From NCBI GenBank assembly GCA_051362555.1, contig CM120648.1:20444057-20477984 (forward strand): a stretch of DNA of 33,928 bases, read 5' to 3'. Positions 23,103-33,928 of this stretch are shown here, piece after piece. The notes under the pieces are model-generated. The model did no database searches, was not told where the DNA came from, and worked only from the letters and a program-made list of their open reading frames with translations. The DNA comes from Lingula anatina. Lineage: Eukaryota > Animalia > Brachiopoda. How positions within the stretch are numbered: the stretch's first letter is position 1; the number at the start of each line of letters is the position of its first letter. The position numbers and the translations under genes were made by a program.

Positions 23103-23785
23103 GTAAGTCATTAAATGCATAGATCGATGAATGTCGTATTTGTGTGTAGCTAAATCAAGCAATTTACTGGTATATGTGTATTTTTCTAAATGAGGTAAAT
23201 GTAGCAGCACCATCGACCTGTACACTACTTCACCACATACAGTACATGTAGTAACATTTTTTACAGCATATGTCACTGAAGTACTGTAGCACATGTAGTA
23301 GTAGTAGTAGTTGTAGTAGTTATTTATAGAAATGGTTCTAGGCAGGATAGACTCTCCGGCATAAACAAATGTATGCCTGTGTGTTTACTGTTTTTATTAC
23401 TTGAACCAAAATTGGCACTATAACAGCAGAGAAAGGGAGAGTTTATACTATTATAAAAACTTCAGCTATGGTACCGAATTACAGCAATGCAGTAGTACCA
23501 ACATCATTGAAATGTTTATAAATATTAGTGATATGAAATACCATATTTTGTTGTAAAACTGGGTGGCACTTTTCTTACACAGTGCATGCATTACAGCTGT
23601 AACTTTGATAATTTATTCTTAATTAATTTGGTTGAAACAAAGGACTCAAGATAACTTTATTGTCAGTAACTTAAAGCAAATAACAGATGAAAATTTTCAT
23701 CATTTCTGTTCTCTGTATTTCCCAGTCAGCGACTTGCATTCAAGTTAAATTTAGAGATTTGAGGATAATTTGACCTTATTTGAAG

Positions 23786-23902
23786 ATGTCGTCCCAGTGT
23801 TCATTTCGTCAGACTGATGAGAAACATGTGACAACAGAAGTGGAACTTATGGAATGGTCTCCAAAAATGGACCTTTTGGCAGTGGCAAATATCCAGGGAG
23901 AG
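23786..23902 (+). CDS. ANAPC4: Anaphase-promoting complex subunit 4, coding exon 1 (MSSQCSFRQTDEKHVTTEVELMEWSPKMDLLAVANIQGE)
   Basis: Not in the ORF track; manual translation matches the recalled APC4 N-terminus (WSPKRDLIALANTAGE). Acceptor near 23725, GT donor at 23903. Confidence 0.93.
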
Positions 23903-23946
23903 GTATCCGTATGGCATTCACCCTGAATTGTAGTGTTGTCTACTTT

Positions 23947-26653
23947 TTATGTACAGACACAGATGTGTCTGTACATATTGCCATCACCTGCGTCTGTCGT
24001 CGCGATGCCGATGGCGATGCCGATGGCGATGCCGATGGCGATGCCGGCGCCGTGCACTTTCCTTGTAAACACGATAAGTGGAGGGCAGTTTTACTTTTTG
24101 GCTTTATATTTACAGAGCTGATGAATATTCATAAAACGCAGGTCAAGTTCGAAAATCAGCATGATCGGGCCATTATTGTAGAAGTTATGCTGTTTTTTCA
24201 CTTTTCAGCATATTTTTCACATTTCCTCAGATTCAATTCTTAGGCATGTTAACAGTCTCATTATTAAACTAATAAGATACGTAAAAGTGTTTGTTTGACA
24301 TTTCCTGCATCTTTACAACATTGTTAGTTGATTTTGTAAAAATGATGTTAAACTTGTTATTGTGTATTGTGTAATAAAGTTTCAAAAATGGAAATAAACT
24401 CGTATCATTGCAGTTTGTCAGATTCAATCATTCACTATGTTCAGAATCTCAGAATGGAAGAAATTGGACATTTAACACTGCTCTGTTGATATTTTTCCCA
24501 TCTCATCAATTTTCTTAGTTGATAATATAAAAATGGCAGTAAACTGTTTATTTTGTTTTATGTTAAAAATTGTTTAAAATTGTTAAAAATGGAAATAAAC
24601 CCATTTCAGAACAGTGCTGTCTTGTTTACATTTTGGCATTTTCAAGTTGTGGCTTTGAAGTTCCATGGGCCTGAAGACCTTTGCTAGTCACATTTTCTGA
24701 ATATCCATGATACTCATATTTTATTATTAAAAATTGATGGTCATTATGCTGTTAAACATTATGTAATATTGCATCAAAATTTGAAAAAAACCTATTTTGG
24801 GCACTGCTCCCATGATGACCATTTAAGAAAAACCATGTCACTTACTGTTCTCAAACAGTACAGTAAATATATATAGATGTGTCTGTACATATTTCAATCA
24901 CCTGCGTCTGTCGTCGCCGTCGCCGTCGTTGCCGTGCACTTTCATTGTAAACACGATAAGTGGAAGGCAGTTTTACTTTTTGGCTTTATATTTACAGAGC
25001 TGATGAATATTCATAAAATGCAGGTCAAGTTCGAAAATCAGGATGATCGGGCCATTATTGTAGAAGTTATACTGTTTTTTCACTTTTCAGCATATATGCA
25101 ACACTGTTAACACATTTCAACGAAAACCGATAGGCCTGTTGTCATGAAACTCACAGGAAAAATTGATCTTACTAAAACGCAGGTCAAGTTCGAAAATTGG
25201 CATGATCGGGCCACTATTTTAGTAGTTATGCTTTTTTTTCTTTTTTCAGCATATATGCAACACTGTAAACACAATATAAGAAAAACAGATAGGCCAATTG
25301 TCATTAAACTCACAGGAGTGGTCAATCCTGCTAAAACGCAGGTTAAATTCAAACAGCATAATCGGGCCATTATTTGAGAAGTTATGCTGTTTTTCACATT
25401 TCCTTAGATTCAATTCTTAGGCATGTTATCAGTTTCATTATTTAATTAATAAGATATGTAAAAGTGTTTTTTTGACATTTCCTGCATCTTTACAACATTG
25501 TTAGTTGATTTTGTAAAAATGATGTTAAACTTGTTATTGTGTATTGTGTAATAAAGTTTCAAAAATGGAAATAAACTCATATCATTGCAGTTTGTCAGAT
25601 TCAATCATTCACTATGTTCAGAATCTCAGGATGGAAGAAATTGGACATTTAACACTGCTCTGTTGATATTTTTCCCATCTCATCAATTTTCTTAGTTGAT
25701 AATATAAAAATGGCAGTAAACTGTTTATTTTGTTTTATGTTAAAAATTGTTTAAAATTGTTAAAAATGGAAATAAACCCATTTCAGAACAGTGCTGTCTT
25801 GTTTACATTTTGGCATTTTCAAGTTGTGGCTTTGAAGTTCCATGGGCCTGAAGACCTTTGCTAGTCACATTTTCTGAATATCCATGATACTCATATTTTA
25901 TTATTAAAAATTGATGGTCATTATGCTGTTAAACATTATGTAATATTGCATCAAAATTTGAAAAAAACCTATTTTGGGCACTGCTCCCATGATGACCATT
26001 TAAGAAAAACCATGTCACTTACTGTTCTCAAACAGTACAGTAAATATGTACAGATGTGTCTGTACATATTGCCATCACCTGCGTCTGTCGTCGCCGTCAT
26101 CGCCGTTGCCATGCACTTTCATTGTAAACACGATAAGTGGAAGGCAGTTTTACTTTTGGGCTTTATATTTAAAGAGCTGATGAATATTCATAAAACGCAG
26201 GTCAAGTTCGAAAATCAGGATGATCGGGCCATTATTGTAGAAGTTATGCTTTTTTCTTTCACTTTTCAACATATATGCAACACTGTAAATACATTTCAAG
26301 GAAAACCGATAGGCCTGTTGTCGTGAAACTCTCAGGAGTAATCGATCTTACTAAAATGGAGGTCAAGTTCGAAAATCGGCATGCAGCCTGAGTTGGAAAA
26401 GCAGTCTAATTGGCTTCTTTTTCTGGAAGTTATACATTTTCAAAGTGTGAACTTGAACTCTCATGGGCCTGAAGCCTTATGCTTGTTACACATTTTACTT
26501 TCATTGGTATTACCTGTTGAGCATAATTAAAATTTGATGTTGAATTTACAGTTTAACATAATGTACTTTTGCATCAGAATTGACAGTAGCCTATTTTGTG
26601 AATAGTTATTTCCTGCTTTTTGTCTGTACATTTGACAGCTTTGCTGCCTTGTT
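23947..26653 (+). mobile_element. HINE family 2 copy D1 (composite, three 5' modules) in an ANAPC4 intron
   Basis: T-run, hairpin atgtacagacac-agat-gtgtctgtacat, (gccgat/ggcgat)n microsatellite; 3' end tgtctgtacat-ttga-cagc-ttt-gctg-ccttgtt; no TSD. Confidence 0.85.
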
Positions 26654-26884
26654 ATAATCACTGTTTAATTTTATTGTTATTCACATTCCAAGGATGGCAT
26701 AAAATCCTTATGTCATACTTGTATCATATTTTGTAGACATGATAAAAGAATATATGAAAAAAAACTTTCAAAGATTTTTTTTTTAACATGCAGAGTGGAA
26801 ATGCCTACAACTTCTCTCCAATAATTAATGCACCGTTTGCACATGTCATTAGTCCAGATTATGTTTTTTTTTTTATTATTTCAG

Positions 26885-26984
26885 GTTTTGTTACACAGGC
26901 TATCATGGCAGAGGGTATGGAGCCTGCCACCTCCAACTGAGAACAGCAAAGTTAAAGCAATAGCATGGAGGACTGATGGAAAAG
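26885..26984 (+). CDS. ANAPC4: ANAPC4 coding exon 2 (VLLHRLSWQRVWSLPPPTENSKVKAIAWRTDGK)
   Basis: tatttcag acceptor, GT donor, 100 bp, phase 0-1; matches APC4 VLLHRL..RVWS..AWRPDGK. Confidence 0.93.
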
Positions 26985-26999
26985 GTTAACTCCTTTATT

Positions 27000-29900
27000 T
27001 TTATGTACAGACACAGATGTGTCTGTACATATAGCCATCATCTGCGTCTGTCGTCGCCGTCGTCGCCGTGCACTTTTACCGATAACACGATAAGTGGAAA
27101 ACCATTTTACCTTTTGACTTGAAACTTGCAGAACTGATGAATATTCATAATACGCAGGTCAAGTTCGAAAATCAGCATGATCGGGTCACTTTTAGGGAAT
27201 TTATGCAGTTTTTTCACTTTTTTCAGCATATATGCAGCACTGATAACACGATAAGTGGAAAACCATTTTACCTTTTGACTTGAAACTTACAGAACTGATG
27301 AATATTCATAATACGCAGGTCAAGTTCGAAAATCAGCATGATTGGGCTATTTTGAGGGAATTCATGCTGTTTTTTTATGTACAGACACAGATGTGTCTGT
27401 ACATATTGCCATCACCTGCGTCCGTCGTCGCCGATGGCGATGCCGATGCCGTGCACTTTCCTTGTAAACACGATAAGTGGAACACTATTTTATTTTTTGC
27501 TTTTATATTTACAGAGCTGATGAATATTCATAAAACGCAGGTCAAGTTCGAAAATCAGCATGATCGAGCCATTATAGTAGAAGTTATGCTGTTTTTTCAC
27601 TTTTCAGCATATATGCAACCCTGTAAACACATTTTAAGGAAAACCGTTAAGCCAATTGTCATTAAACTCACAGGAGTGGTCAATCTTACTAAAACGCAGG
27701 TTGAGTTCGAAAATCAGCATATCGGGCCATTATTTTAGAAGTTATGCTGTTTTTTCACATTTCCTCAGATTCAGTTCTTAGGCATGTTAACAGTCTTATT
27801 ATTTAACTAATAAGATACGTAAAAGTGTTTGTTTGACATTTCCTGCATCTTTACAACATTGTTATTTGATTATGTAAAAATGATGGTAAACTTGTTATCG
27901 TGTATTGTGTAATAAAGTGTCAAAAATGGAAATAAACTCATATCATTGCAGTTTGTCATATTCAATAATTCAGTATGTTCAGAATCTCAGAATGGAGGAA
28001 ATTGGACATTTTACACTATTCTATTGATATTTTTCCCATCTCAACAATTTTCTTAGTTGATTTTATAAAAATGGCAGTTAACTGTTAATTTTGTTTTGTG
28101 TAAAAAAATTGTTAAAAATGGGAAAAAAACCATTTCAGAACAGTGCTGTCTTGTTTCACATTTCTACAGATTCAATTCTTAGGCATGTTAACAGTCTCAT
28201 TATTGAACTAATAAGATACGTAAAAGTGTTTGTTTGACATTTCCTTCATCTTTACAACATTGTTAGTTGATTATGTAAAAATGATGGTTAACTTGTTATC
28301 GTGTATTGTGTAATAAAGTGTCAAAAATGGAAATAAACTCATATCATTGCAGTTTGTCATATTCAATAATTCAGTATGTTCAGAATCTCAGAATGGAAGA
28401 AATTGGACATTTAACACTGTTCTATTGATATTTTTAACATCTCATCAATTTTCTTAGTTGATCATATAAAAAATGGCAGTATCCTATTAATTTTGTTTTA
28501 TGTTAAAAAAGTGTTAAAAATGGAAATAAACCCATTTCAGAACAGTGCTGTCTTGTTTACATTTTGGCATTTTTAAGGTGTGACTTTGAAGTTCCATCGG
28601 CCTAAAAACATTTGTTAGTCACGTTTTCTGTTTGTCCATGATACTAATATTTTATTATTAAAAATTGATGGTCATTATGCTGTTAAACATTATGTAATAT
28701 TGCATCAAAATTTGAAAAAAACCTATTTTGGGCACTGCTCCCATGATGACCATTTAAGAAAAACCATGTCACTTATTGTTCTCAAACAGTACAGTTAATA
28801 TGTACAGATGTGTCTGTACATATTGCCATCACCTGCGTCTGTTGTCGCTGCCGTTGCCATCACTGTTGCTGTCGCCGGGGCTGTGCACTTTCATTGTAAA
28901 CACGATAAGTGGAAGAAAGTTTTACTTTTTGGCTGTATATTTACAGAGCTGATGAATATTCATAAAATGAAGGTCAAGTTCGAAAATCGGCAGGATCGGG
29001 CCACTATTTTAGTAGTTATGCTTTTTTTTTTCACTTTTCAGCATATATGCAACACTGTAAACACAATAAAATATTATAAGAAAAACAGATAGGCCAATTG
29101 TCATTAAACTTACAGGAGTGGTCATTCCTGCTAAAATGCAGGTTGAGTTCAAAAATCAGCATAATCAGGCCATTATTTTAAAAAAATGCAGTTTTTTCAC
29201 ATTTCCTCAGATTCAATTCTTAGGCATGTAAACAGTTTCATTATTGAACTAATAAGATACGTAAAAGTGTTTGTTTGGCATTTCCTGCATCTTTACAACA
29301 TTATTAGTTGATTATGTAAAAATGATGGTAAACTTGTTATCGTGTATTGTGTAATAAAGTTTCAAAAATGGAAATAAACCCATATCATTGCAGTTTGTCA
29401 GATTCAATCATTCACTATGTTCAGAATCTCAGAATGGAAGAAATTGGACATTTAACACTGCTCTGTTGATATTTTTCCCATCTCATCAATTTTCTTAGTT
29501 GATCATATAAAAACGGCAGAAAACTGTTAATTCTGTTTTATGTTAAAAATTGTTAAAAATGGAAAAAAAAAAATTTTCAGAACAGTGCTGTCTTGTCTAC
29601 ATTTTGGCATTTTCAAGATGTGACTTTGAAGTTCCATGGGCCTGAAGACCTTTGCTAGTCACGTTTTCTGAATATCCATAATACTAATATTTTATTATTA
29701 AAATTGATGGTCATTATGCTGTTAAACATTATGTAATATTGCATCAAAATTTGAAAAAAAAAACTATTTTGGGCACTGCTCCCATGATGACCATTTAAGA
29801 AAAACCATGTCATTTACTGTTCTCAAACTTACAGGAAAGAAACATGGGACTAAAATACAGCTTCAGTAGGAAATACAGTCTGTTTGGTAATTCTTACTGC

Positions 29901-31395
29901 CAGTTAAACAGTTTTTTTGTGAAAATTTAATTTTTCACATATTGGCATTTTCAAGGTGTGACTTTGAAGTTCCACGGGCTTGAAGACCCATGCTAGTCAC
30001 ATTTTCTGAAAATCCATGATACTTATATTTTATTATTAAAAATTGACGTTCATTATGCCGTTAACCATTATGTAATATGGCATCAGAATAGAAGAAAACA
30101 CAATTTTGGGTGCTGCTGCCATGATGACCATTATGGGAAAACCATGTTACTCATGATTGCCAAACTTTCAAAAAAGAAATACAGGACTAAAATGCAGTCT
30201 GAGTTGGAAAAGCAGTCTAAGTGACTTCTTTTTCTGGAAGTTATACATTTTCAAAGTGTAAACTTGTCACATATTTCAATTACATTGGTATTACCTGTTG
30301 AGCATAATTAAAATTTGATGTTGAATTTGCAGTTAAACATAATGTATTTTTGCATCAGAATTGACAGTAGCCTATTTTGTGCATAGTTATTTCCTGTTTT
30401 TTGTCTGTACATTTGACAGCTTTGCTGCCTTGTCACTATTTTCAATATAAATGCAACACTGATAACACAATATAAGAAAAACGGATTGGCCAATTGTAAT
30501 TATACTCACAGGAGTGGTCAATCTTACTAAAACGCAGGTTGAGTTCGAAAATCGGCATAATCGGGCCATTATTTTAGAAGTTATACTGTTTTTTTCACAT
30601 TTCCTCAGATTCAGTTCTTAAGCATGTTAACAGTCTCATTATTTAACTAATAAGATACGTAAAAGTGTTTGTTTGATATTTCCTGCATCTTTACAACATT
30701 GTTAGTTGATTATGTAAAAAACATGGTAAACTTGTTATCATGTATTGTGTAATAAAGTGTCAAAAATGGAAATAAACTCATATCATTGCAGTTTGTCAGA
30801 TTCAATCATCCACTATGTTCAGAATCTCAGAATGGAGGAAATTGGACATTTAACACTGTTCTATTGATACTTTTCCCATCTCATCAATTTTTTTAGTTGG
30901 TCATATAAAAATGGCAGTAAAATGTTTATTTTGTTTTATGTTAAAAAAGTGTTAAAAATGGAAATAAACCCATTTCAGAACAGTGCTGTCTTGTTTACAT
31001 TTTGGCATTTTCAAGGCGTGACTTTGAAGTTCCATGGGCCTGAAGACCTTTGCTAGTCACATTTTCTGAATATCTGTGATACAAATATTTTATAATTAAA
31101 AATTGATGGTCATTAAGCTGTTAAACATTATTTAATGTTGTATCAAAATTTGAAGAAACCCCTATTTTGGGCACTGCTCCTATGATGACCATTTAAGGGA
31201 AATCATGTCACTTACTGTTCTCAAACTTATAGGAAAGAAACATGGGACTAAAATACAGCTTCAATAGGCAACGCAGTCTGTTTGGTAAATTTTTCTGGCA
31301 ATTTAACAGTTTTTTGTGAAAATTTAATTTTTCACTTATTTGCATCTTTATTTTCTGTTCTTTGTCTGTACATTTGACAGCTTTGCTGCCTTGTT
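27000..31395 (+). mobile_element. HINE family 2 copy D2, interrupted by D3
   Basis: 5' hairpin at 27003, 3' end at 31395; the two halves join to match uninterrupted D4. Confidence 0.85.
27375..30433 (+). mobile_element. HINE family 2 copy D3 nested in D2
   Basis: Own 5' hairpin at 27377 and own 3' end at 30433; inserted in the T-run of atgctgtttttt|cactatttt. Confidence 0.88.
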
Positions 31396-31457
31396 TCTTC
31401 TTTTTATGCTGAAAGAAATTCTGTTATCCTGGGTAATCTTCATGATAGTTGTATTTT

Positions 31458-33475
31458 TTATGTACAGACACAGATGTGTCTGTACATATAGCCATCATCT
31501 GCGTCTGTCGTCGCCGTTGTCGCCGTGCACTTTTACCGATAACACGATAAGTGGAAAACCATTTTACCTTTTGACTTGAAACTTGCAGAACTGATGAATA
31601 TTCATAATACGCAGGTCAAGTTCGAAAATCAGCATGATCGGGTCACTTTTAGGGAATTTATGCTGTTTTTTCACTTTTTTCAGCATATATGCAGCACCGA
31701 TAACACGATAAGTGGAAAACAATTTTACCTTTTGCCTTGAAACTTACAGAACTGATGAATATTCATAATACACAGGTCAAGTTCGAAAATCAGCATGATC
31801 GGGTCACTTTTAGGGAATTTATGCTGTTTTTTCACTTTTTTCAGCATATATGCAGCACCGATAACACGATAAGTGGAAAACCATTTTACCTTTTGACTTG
31901 AAACTTACAGAACTGATGAATATTCATAATACGCAGGTCAAGTTCGAAAATCAGCATGATCGGGTCACTTTTAGGGAATTTATGCTGTTTTTTCACTTTT
32001 TTCAGCATATATGCAGCACCGATAACACGATAAGTGGAAAACCATTTTACCTTTTGACTTGAAACTTACAGAACTGATGAATATTCATAATACGCAGGTC
32101 AAGTTCGAAAATCAGCATGATTGGGCCATTTTTAGGGAATTTATGCTGTTTTTTCACTATTTTCAATATAAATACAACACTGATAACACAATATAAGAAA
32201 AACGGATTGGCCAATTGTAATCATACTCACAGGAGTGGTCAATGTTACTAAAACGCAGGTTGAGTTCGAAAATCAGCATAATCAGGCCATTATTTTAGAT
32301 GTTATACTGTTTTTCACATTTCCTCACATTCAATTATTAGGCATGTTAACAGTCTCATTATTTAACTAATAAGATGCCTAAAAGTGTTTGTTTGATATTT
32401 CCTGCATCTTTACAACATTGTTAGTTGATTATGTAAAAAACATGGTAAACTTGTTATCATGTATTGTGTAATAAAGTGTCAAAAATAGAAATAAACTCAT
32501 ATCATTGCAGTTTGTCAGATTCAATCATCCACTATGTTCAGAATCTCAGAATGGAGGAAATTGGACATTTAACACTGTTCTATTGATACTTTTCCCATCT
32601 CATCAATTTTCTTAGTTGGTCATATAAAATGGCAGTAAAATGTTTATTTTGTTTTATGTTAAAAAAGTGTTGAAAATGGAAATAAACCCATTTCAGAACA
32701 GTGCTGTCTTGTTTACATTTTGGCATTTTCAAGGCGTGACTTTGAAGTTCCATGGGCCTGAAGACCTTTGCTAGTCACATTTTCTGAATATCTGTGAAAC
32801 AAATATTTTATAATTAAAAATTAATGGTCATTAAGCTGTTAAACATTATGTAATATTGCATCAAAATTTGAAGAAACCCCTATTTTGGGCACTGCTTCCA
32901 TGATGACCATTTAAGGAAAATCATGTCACTTACTGTTCTCAAACTTACAGGAAAGAAACATGGGACTAAAATACAGCTTCAGTAGGCAATGCAGTCTGTT
33001 TGGTATTTTTATTTATTTATTTATTTATTTATTTATTTTGGCAGTTAAACAGTTTTTTGTGAAAATTTAATTTTTCACATATTGGCATTTTCAAGGTGTG
33101 ACTTTAAAGTTCCATGATCTTGAAGACTTTTGCTTGTCACATTTTCTGAATGTCCATGTTACTAATATTTTATTAATAACATTTGATTGTCATTATGCTG
33201 TTAAACATTATGTAATGTTGCATCAAAATTTGAAGAAACCCCTATTTTGGGCACTGCTCCTATGATGACCATTTAAGGGAAATCATGTCACTTACTGTTC
33301 TCAAACTTACAGGAAAGAAACATGGGTCTAACATACAGCTTCAATAGGCAACGCAGTCTGTTTGGTAAATTTTTCTGGCAATTTAACAGTTTTTTGTGAA
33401 AATTTAATTTTTCACTTATTTGCATTTTTATTTTCTGTTCTTTGTCTGTACATTTGACAGCTTTGCTGCCTTGTT
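31458..33475 (+). mobile_element. HINE family 2 copy D4, intact
   Basis: 5' hairpin at 31460, microsatellite, 161-bp array, 3' subTIR, hairpin, cttgtt. Confidence 0.88.
31538..32320 (+). repeat. 161-bp tandem array (4 near-identical copies plus 1 diverged)
   Basis: gataacac starts at 31538, 31699, 31860, 32021 and 32182. Confidence 0.92.
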
Positions 33476-33882
33476 TTATTCAGTCTGTCTAAAAAAAGAT
33501 TTGAAAACTTTTATTTCTTGACCTCCGATTTAATTAAAAGTGTAGTAATGAAAAAATATAATACAATAAGAATATATAGAAGCTCAAGGGATTATGAGGG
33601 ATTGTTGAAAATTGCGACAATGAAAGTGTAGAATTTTTTAAATTACACTGCTATCAAAAATGATTTATGATTTATGATTGACACAAAGGTGCTAACTTTT
33701 GTTTAGACAAACATAGTATTTGAAAAAGGGACAACTGTCATCGTACATGTATGAATTATTCAAGTTTTTTTTCAATCTTTATTCAATTATCTTTTAAAAA
33801 AAGCATAGCAATAAAATCTGGCAATTTAAGTAAAATGCCACTTGTCCAATAACATTAGTTACAAGTTTTAGTCTCTCTTCAG

Positions 33883-33928
33883 TGTTAGCAGTTGGTTACA
33901 TCAGTGGTGAGGTCCTGCTGTGTAATGT
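33883..33928 (+). CDS. ANAPC4: ANAPC4 coding exon 3, truncated by window end (VLAVGYISGEVLLCN...)
   Basis: ctcttcag acceptor, phase 1, continuing DGK into the next WD40 strand. Confidence 0.85.

Noticed and set aside
23854-24243. 129-aa ORF as the plus-strand gene
   Set aside because: Wrong frame; the APC4-matching frame starts at 23786 and splices at 23902.
23933-31579. MCLYILPSPASVV.. ORF family
   Set aside because: Lies in non-coding HINE heads; frame changes with microsatellite length.

Overview
AT-rich, intron-rich animal DNA; the repeat types suggest an invertebrate, probably mollusc-like (inference). Most ORF-track entries are spurious or exon fragments. Manual splicing gives: (1) a complete ARHGAP19-like RhoGAP gene on the minus strand (13 core coding exons, 22605->15605, about 675 aa, plus three candidate alternative exons); (2) the first three coding exons of ANAPC4 on the plus strand (23786->window end), head-to-head with ARHGAP19 across a short promoter containing CCAAT and CHR (TTTGAA) motifs; (3) one isolated 66-bp minus-strand exon (5624-5689) from the second calponin-homology domain of a jitterbug-type filamin. 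Its upstream exons were not found, suggesting both other genes sit inside its intron. About half of the window consists of non-autonomous Helentron/HINE (DINE-1/pearl-like) elements carrying satellite-like arrays. Family 1 (6350-14137, 146-bp monomers) forms a 7.8-kb head-to-head palindrome and contains an IS3EU-like MITE whose empty site is also in the window. Family 2 (23947-33475, 161-bp monomers) fills the ANAPC4 introns with adjacent and nested copies. Two abutting Harbinger-like MITEs, a degraded tRNA-derived SINE and several minisatellites lie in the first 6 kb.
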